Part shown: piece by piece, positions 60,231 to 64,000 of the stretch | Layout: each line of letters starts with the position of its first letter | How positions within the stretch are numbered: the stretch's first letter is position 1 | IMG/VR virus record: IMGVR_UViG_3300024518_002836 | Coordinates: 4,076 to 68,075 of that record | Origin: a virus | DNA: 64,000 nucleotides | Direction: 5' to 3' (one strand) | The notes under the pieces: generated by a model | What the model saw: only the letters and a program-made list of their open reading frames with translations | What the model was told of the DNA's origin: nothing | The model's database searches: none | Program-made: the position numbers and the translations under genes

Positions 60231-60491
60231 ATGAAAAGAAGAATGAGAATGAGAACATTAGTTAAATATGAATGTGAGAAATGTAATAAACTTTGGGGAT
60301 TGCACCCTGAAAAATTAATCCTACGTGGAAGCGGGCCTATTTTTTGCGGCTATGATGGGAAAGGACATAAAAAATGGCGTTTAGAGGGTCATTGTCATTG
60401 TGGGACAGCATTTGCATATCCCTTTACAACAATGGCTAAATTGCACGAACAATACGGACGCGCATGGGCATATAATAAAGAAGGTGAATAA
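60231..60491 (+). CDS. Zn-ribbon hypothetical protein
   Basis: CEKC...CHCG. Confidence 0.5.
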   Translation: MKRRMRMRTLVKYECEKCNKLWGLHPEKLILRGSGPIFCGYDGKGHKKWRLEGHCHCGTAFAYPFTTMAKLHEQYGRAWAYNKEGE

Positions 60492-60644
60492 AATGAAATA
60501 CAGAGATGAAAACGGGAAATTTATTAGTAAGGAAGCGTGGGAAACCATGCGAAAAGAAGAAAACAATAGTGGACGATTGATTTTAATGGGTATGATAGCA
60601 TCTTTAGTGGTGTTGTATACTATTAATAATTTGGGGTGGCTTAA

Positions 60645-61133
60645 TTGATTTCAAGTGATAGTATTGTAGTTATGTTAGCGGATTGGGAAGACCAAATCCG
60701 TGAAGCGTTCTTAATTACCGCTGATGGTAATTTTGAAGACCAGAGATTTCATGATGTTATTTGGGAAATGAGCCTAACAGCATTTGATATTCCACGAGAA
60801 GTTCAAGTGGTTATTGATGGAAAAATGAATCTTCATATTTCAGCGGGCGACCCCGGATTTGTATGGTTTGAAACACCACCAATAGGAATGTCGCTACCTA
60901 TTGAATGTTGGATTCATACCCATCCTTTTGGTAAGGCTTATTTTAGTATGACTGATTGGAATACAATTCGCACATGGGAACCAATAATGCATTGTGCCAT
61001 TGTTCTTGGAGATAGGGAATATATGATTTGGGCTAAAGGAATGTGTCAAACCTTATTTTTTGCAACTGTTGATATTCCAGATTGGGTTAGCGGGCAAACA
61101 ACGCTTGATGATTTTATGGGTGAAGAAGAATGA
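60645..61133 (+). CDS. JAB/MPN+ (JAMM) metalloprotease
   Basis: REV (catalytic Glu) ... WIHTHPFGKAYFSMTD matches HxHx7Sx2D. Confidence 0.85.
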   Translation: MISSDSIVVMLADWEDQIREAFLITADGNFEDQRFHDVIWEMSLTAFDIPREVQVVIDGKMNLHISAGDPGFVWFETPPIGMSLPIECWIHTHPFGKAYFSMTDWNTIRTWEPIMHCAIVLGDREYMIWAKGMCQTLFFATVDIPDWVSGQTTLDDFMGEEE

Positions 61134-61603
61134 AGTGCCTAAAGGATGGATTGGAACACCCAAGAATTCTTGTCATTTGTAATTGCCCGAAATGTGAGGT
61201 GAAGAGTAATGAAGTGTGAATGTAATGGTAGAACTTATGACTTAACTGTAACCGACTATATTTTGTGTATCGAATGTGGAGCACAATTCGCAATGGAGGT
61301 AGTAAAATGAAATGTCCTAAATGTGGTAGAGAAATGATTGAAGAACATGACCGAGGATATGATGGTAGGAATGTTCAGTTTTGGTATTTTTGGACATGCC
61401 CGAATTGTGGTTATGTGCATAATATAGATAATGATGGTGATTGGAATGAATGAGAAACTTTTAATAGAAACGGCAAATCGAGTTAGTGATGCTAATTCTG
61501 TTGTATTATGGAATCTGATAAATGTGTTTGATGACAGCAAACATGACATAAATGATTTGTATGCAGTAGCATTAAAAATGTTAGAAGAATTGGAGGAAGA
61601 AGA

Positions 61604-61843
61604 ATGAAAGCGTATGGACATTGGGTGTTACTCCAACATACTAAAGATGAAACTGATTCTGGGATTATTAGTAATCAAGGGGCAGCGATGGAAGTAATTT
61701 CTGTGGGAGCAGAATGTCCACCATCCTTTCATAATTTAGTAGGTAAGAAAATCTACTATAAACAAAGCCGTTCCGCTATTGAGATGGGTGGCTATATTTG
61801 TATTGAATGTAGAGATGTGATGTATTCGGAGGAAGTAGTATGA
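61604..61843 (+). CDS. groES: Co-chaperonin GroES-like
   Basis: KAYGHWVLL..ETDSGII..EVISVG..VGKKIYY; directly upstream of groEL. Confidence 0.75.
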   Translation: MKAYGHWVLLQHTKDETDSGIISNQGAAMEVISVGAECPPSFHNLVGKKIYYKQSRSAIEMGGYICIECRDVMYSEEVV

Positions 61844-63390
61844 CTGAAATTTTATATGGTGAATCTGCAAGAGTGAAATTATTAGAAGGTATTAATTTAG
61901 TATCTGATACTATTAAATGCACGTTAGGGCCACAGGCTCGCACGGTAATTTTAAAACAAAATGGGGTTCCTGTCATTATTAATGATGGAGTAACTATTGC
62001 TAAGGCCGTTACAAGTGATGATGAATTTATTCAAATGGGAGTGGAATTGCTTCAACAGGTTGCTTCACAGGCGCAAGAGAATAGTGGTGATGGAACTACT
62101 ACTGCTGCAATTATAGCACAATCAATTTGTGAATTTGCCCTTAATTCGATTATCGAGGGGGCCAATCCTATTAAATTAAAGGCCGAACTTGACTCCTTAG
62201 TAAAGGGTACTCTTCTAGAATTAGATAATATGGCGGTGCCTATTGATAGCCGAGAAATGCTTGAGAATGTTGCTAGTATTGCAGCGAATAATGACCCACA
62301 ATTAGGAGAATTAATTGCTGATGTTGTCGAAGCCGTAGGAAAAGACGGTATTATTTCCGTCGAAGACGGTCATAGTCTTGAGACTACATTTGAAGTGATT
62401 GAAGGGATGGAATTAGATAATGGATTCATGAGTCACTTGATGGTTAATAATGATGATGGAACCCATTGTGTGTTTGAGGATTGTCTAGTCTTAATGTCTA
62501 ATGAAACAATCAATAATTTCCAAGAACTTCTCCCTGTATTAGAAGTAGCAGTTTCAGAAAAGAAACCATTAGTCATCATGTGCAAGGAATTAGAAGGAAC
62601 CGCTTTTCCAAACTTGCTAGTAAATGTAATGCAGAAAACACTTAAGGTATGCGCAATTAAAACGCCAGATTTTGGTGATGAGCAAATTGAAATTCTTAAA
62701 GATATTCAATCTATGATTGGGGGTCACGTATTCAATGCGGATTTGGGAGATAAGATTTCTAATGCGACTTTAAATGATTTAGGAGTGATTGATAAAATTA
62801 GCATTGGACGTTCAAAAAGCACATTAATTCATGATGCTAATGAGCATCAAAAAGAAAGTATTTCTGATAGGGTCTTTGCTCTCAATAAACAAATGGAGGC
62901 TCAAACTAACGATTGGTATAAAGAAAAAATTCATCGTAGGATTGGGCGATTATCAGGCGGAGTCGCTTTAGTAAAGGTTGGTGGTTCAACTGAAATTGAA
63001 TTACGTGAAACTAAAGAGCGGTTGGATGATGCGTTAAATGCGACCACGGCCGCAATTCAAGAAGGCGTTGTTGTAGGCGGAGGATTAGCATTGTATAATA
63101 TCTCACTATCTTTGGAATCTCCATATGCCTTTTATAGAACTGCTCTCCAAAGACCAATTAAGCAACTGGCTGATAACTCAGGAGTAGAACTAGATATAAC
63201 TCAATTAGATGCTTGTGTAGGATTTGATGCTAATTCCAATACATATCGAGATATGTGGAATGCTGGAATTTTAGACCCAGTTAAAGTAACAAAAAGCGCA
63301 TTGGTTACGGCGGCGTCAATTGCCGGATTGGTTATTACAACTTCAGTATTGATTGCTCCCGATGAAGAGGAATTACCTCCGATGTATTAG
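61840..63390 (+). CDS. groEL: Group I chaperonin GroEL
   Basis: TLGP, INDGVTIAK, GDGTTTA, GGVALVKVGG.TEIELRETKERLDDALNAT, GILDPVKV. Confidence 0.93.
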   Translation: MTEILYGESARVKLLEGINLVSDTIKCTLGPQARTVILKQNGVPVIINDGVTIAKAVTSDDEFIQMGVELLQQVASQAQENSGDGTTTAAIIAQSICEFALNSIIEGANPIKLKAELDSLVKGTLLELDNMAVPIDSREMLENVASIAANNDPQLGELIADVVEAVGKDGIISVEDGHSLETTFEVIEGMELDNGFMSHLMVNNDDGTHCVFEDCLVLMSNETINNFQELLPVLEVAVSEKKPLVIMCKELEGTAFPNLLVNVMQKTLKVCAIKTPDFGDEQIEILKDIQSMIGGHVFNADLGDKISNATLNDLGVIDKISIGRSKSTLIHDANEHQKESISDRVFALNKQMEAQTNDWYKEKIHRRIGRLSGGVALVKVGGSTEIELRETKERLDDALNATTAAIQEGVVVGGGLALYNISLSLESPYAFYRTALQRPIKQLADNSGVELDITQLDACVGFDANSNTYRDMWNAGILDPVKVTKSALVTAASIAGLVITTSVLIAPDEEELPPMY

Positions 63391-63398
63391 GTGATTAT

Positions 63399-63647
63399 AT
63401 GACAGATGGATTTGAAGTAAAAGGGCGCATTCCAAGAAGTGCTACTCAAGAAATTAAAGTAAAGCAAGGCGTATATTGGAATATACCAATTGTAGATATA
63501 CGTTGGTATGAAGATGGTAAGCCTTCTAGAAAAGGAATAAGAATGAACATGAATGAGTTAAGACACTTAGTAAATATTTTAAGGAGGATTGATGATGGTC
63601 AGCAACGAAGAAATGAAACGAGTAATCAAAAAGACGAAGAAGAATGA
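63399..63647 (+). CDS. PC4-like ssDNA-binding / transcriptional coactivator protein
   Basis: IVDIRWYEDG.KPSRKGIRM is the PC4 signature. Confidence 0.8.
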   Translation: MTDGFEVKGRIPRSATQEIKVKQGVYWNIPIVDIRWYEDGKPSRKGIRMNMNELRHLVNILRRIDDGQQRRNETSNQKDEEE

Positions 63648-63840
63648 ACAATGGTCAGCGAACGCTAAAGCAGCGTTCCGCTCAAATATTGAAGCCCTAA
63701 TGATTTATCTTGCTAAACGTTCAATTGAAATTAAAGAAGACCGATGGTTAACTAGTCAAAAAAGAGTTACTGGCGACGATGTAAATGCGGCGTTTGGAGA
63801 ACTATGGCCAAAACTATTTAAAGGTGATACTAATGAATAA
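63595..63840 (+). CDS. Archaeal-type histone-fold protein
   Basis: MKRVIKK..QWSANAKAAF...LAKRSIEI...KRVTGDDVNAA aligns with the HMf pattern RIIK..RVS.DA...RKTI..EDI. Confidence 0.7.
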   Translation: MVSNEEMKRVIKKTKKNEQWSANAKAAFRSNIEALMIYLAKRSIEIKEDRWLTSQKRVTGDDVNAAFGELWPKLFKGDTNE

Positions 63841-64000
63841 ATTGAATTTTACAGAATTATTAAAAGGTGTGCAAGACGCACAAGAATATTTAGAAATGAA
63901 TACTGGTAAGACCTTAGAGGAACTAGTAGATGAACATTATGAATCTTTACCATTTGCATTAGGACATATGTTAGGTATGAGAGATTGTTTAATAATTGTT
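63833..64000 (+). CDS. Partial hypothetical protein
   Basis: MNKLNFTELLKG... open to the window end; AGGTGA SD. Confidence 0.5.
   Translation, partial: MNKLNFTELLKGVQDAQEYLEMNTGKTLEELVDEHYESLPFALGHMLGMRDCLIIV

Noticed and set aside
41500-61610. Many proteins ending in poly-Glu (EEEE-stop)
   Set aside because: Largely explained by the purine-rich SD GAGGAAGAAGA overlapping the next ATGA start (translational coupling), not a protein signal.

Overview
64 kb of a tailed dsDNA (Caudoviricetes, siphovirus-like) virus genome that almost certainly infects an archaeon. Evidence for the host: GGTGA-type Shine-Dalgarno sites, a TFB/TFIIB homologue, a histone-fold gene and a tRNA with a bulge-helix-bulge intron. 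The gene set (ATP-dependent ligase beside the prohead protease, chaperonin, class II RNR) resembles magroviruses of Marine Group II/Poseidoniales (inference). The left arm (1-40.2 kb, all minus strand) holds the tail, head, portal and terminase genes, an Arf/Sar1-like GTPase plus membrane-protein module, and about 27 ORFs that share an N-terminal M-[S/T/N]-W-x-x-[I/V]-L-K tag, many joined by a repeated GATTACAATGAGTTGG junction. The centre (40.2-47.3 kb) is a gene-poor divergent region with ACCATATGGT palindromes, GCGAATAG hairpins, a candidate ~550-nt structured ncRNA and three paralogous ORFs. The right arm (plus strand) holds four tRNAs, a ubiquitin-like protein ending GG-Y with an E1/ThiF enzyme and a JAB protease, NrdJ, TFB, GroES/GroEL, PC4 and a histone. 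All calls come from motif recognition by eye; no database searches were run.
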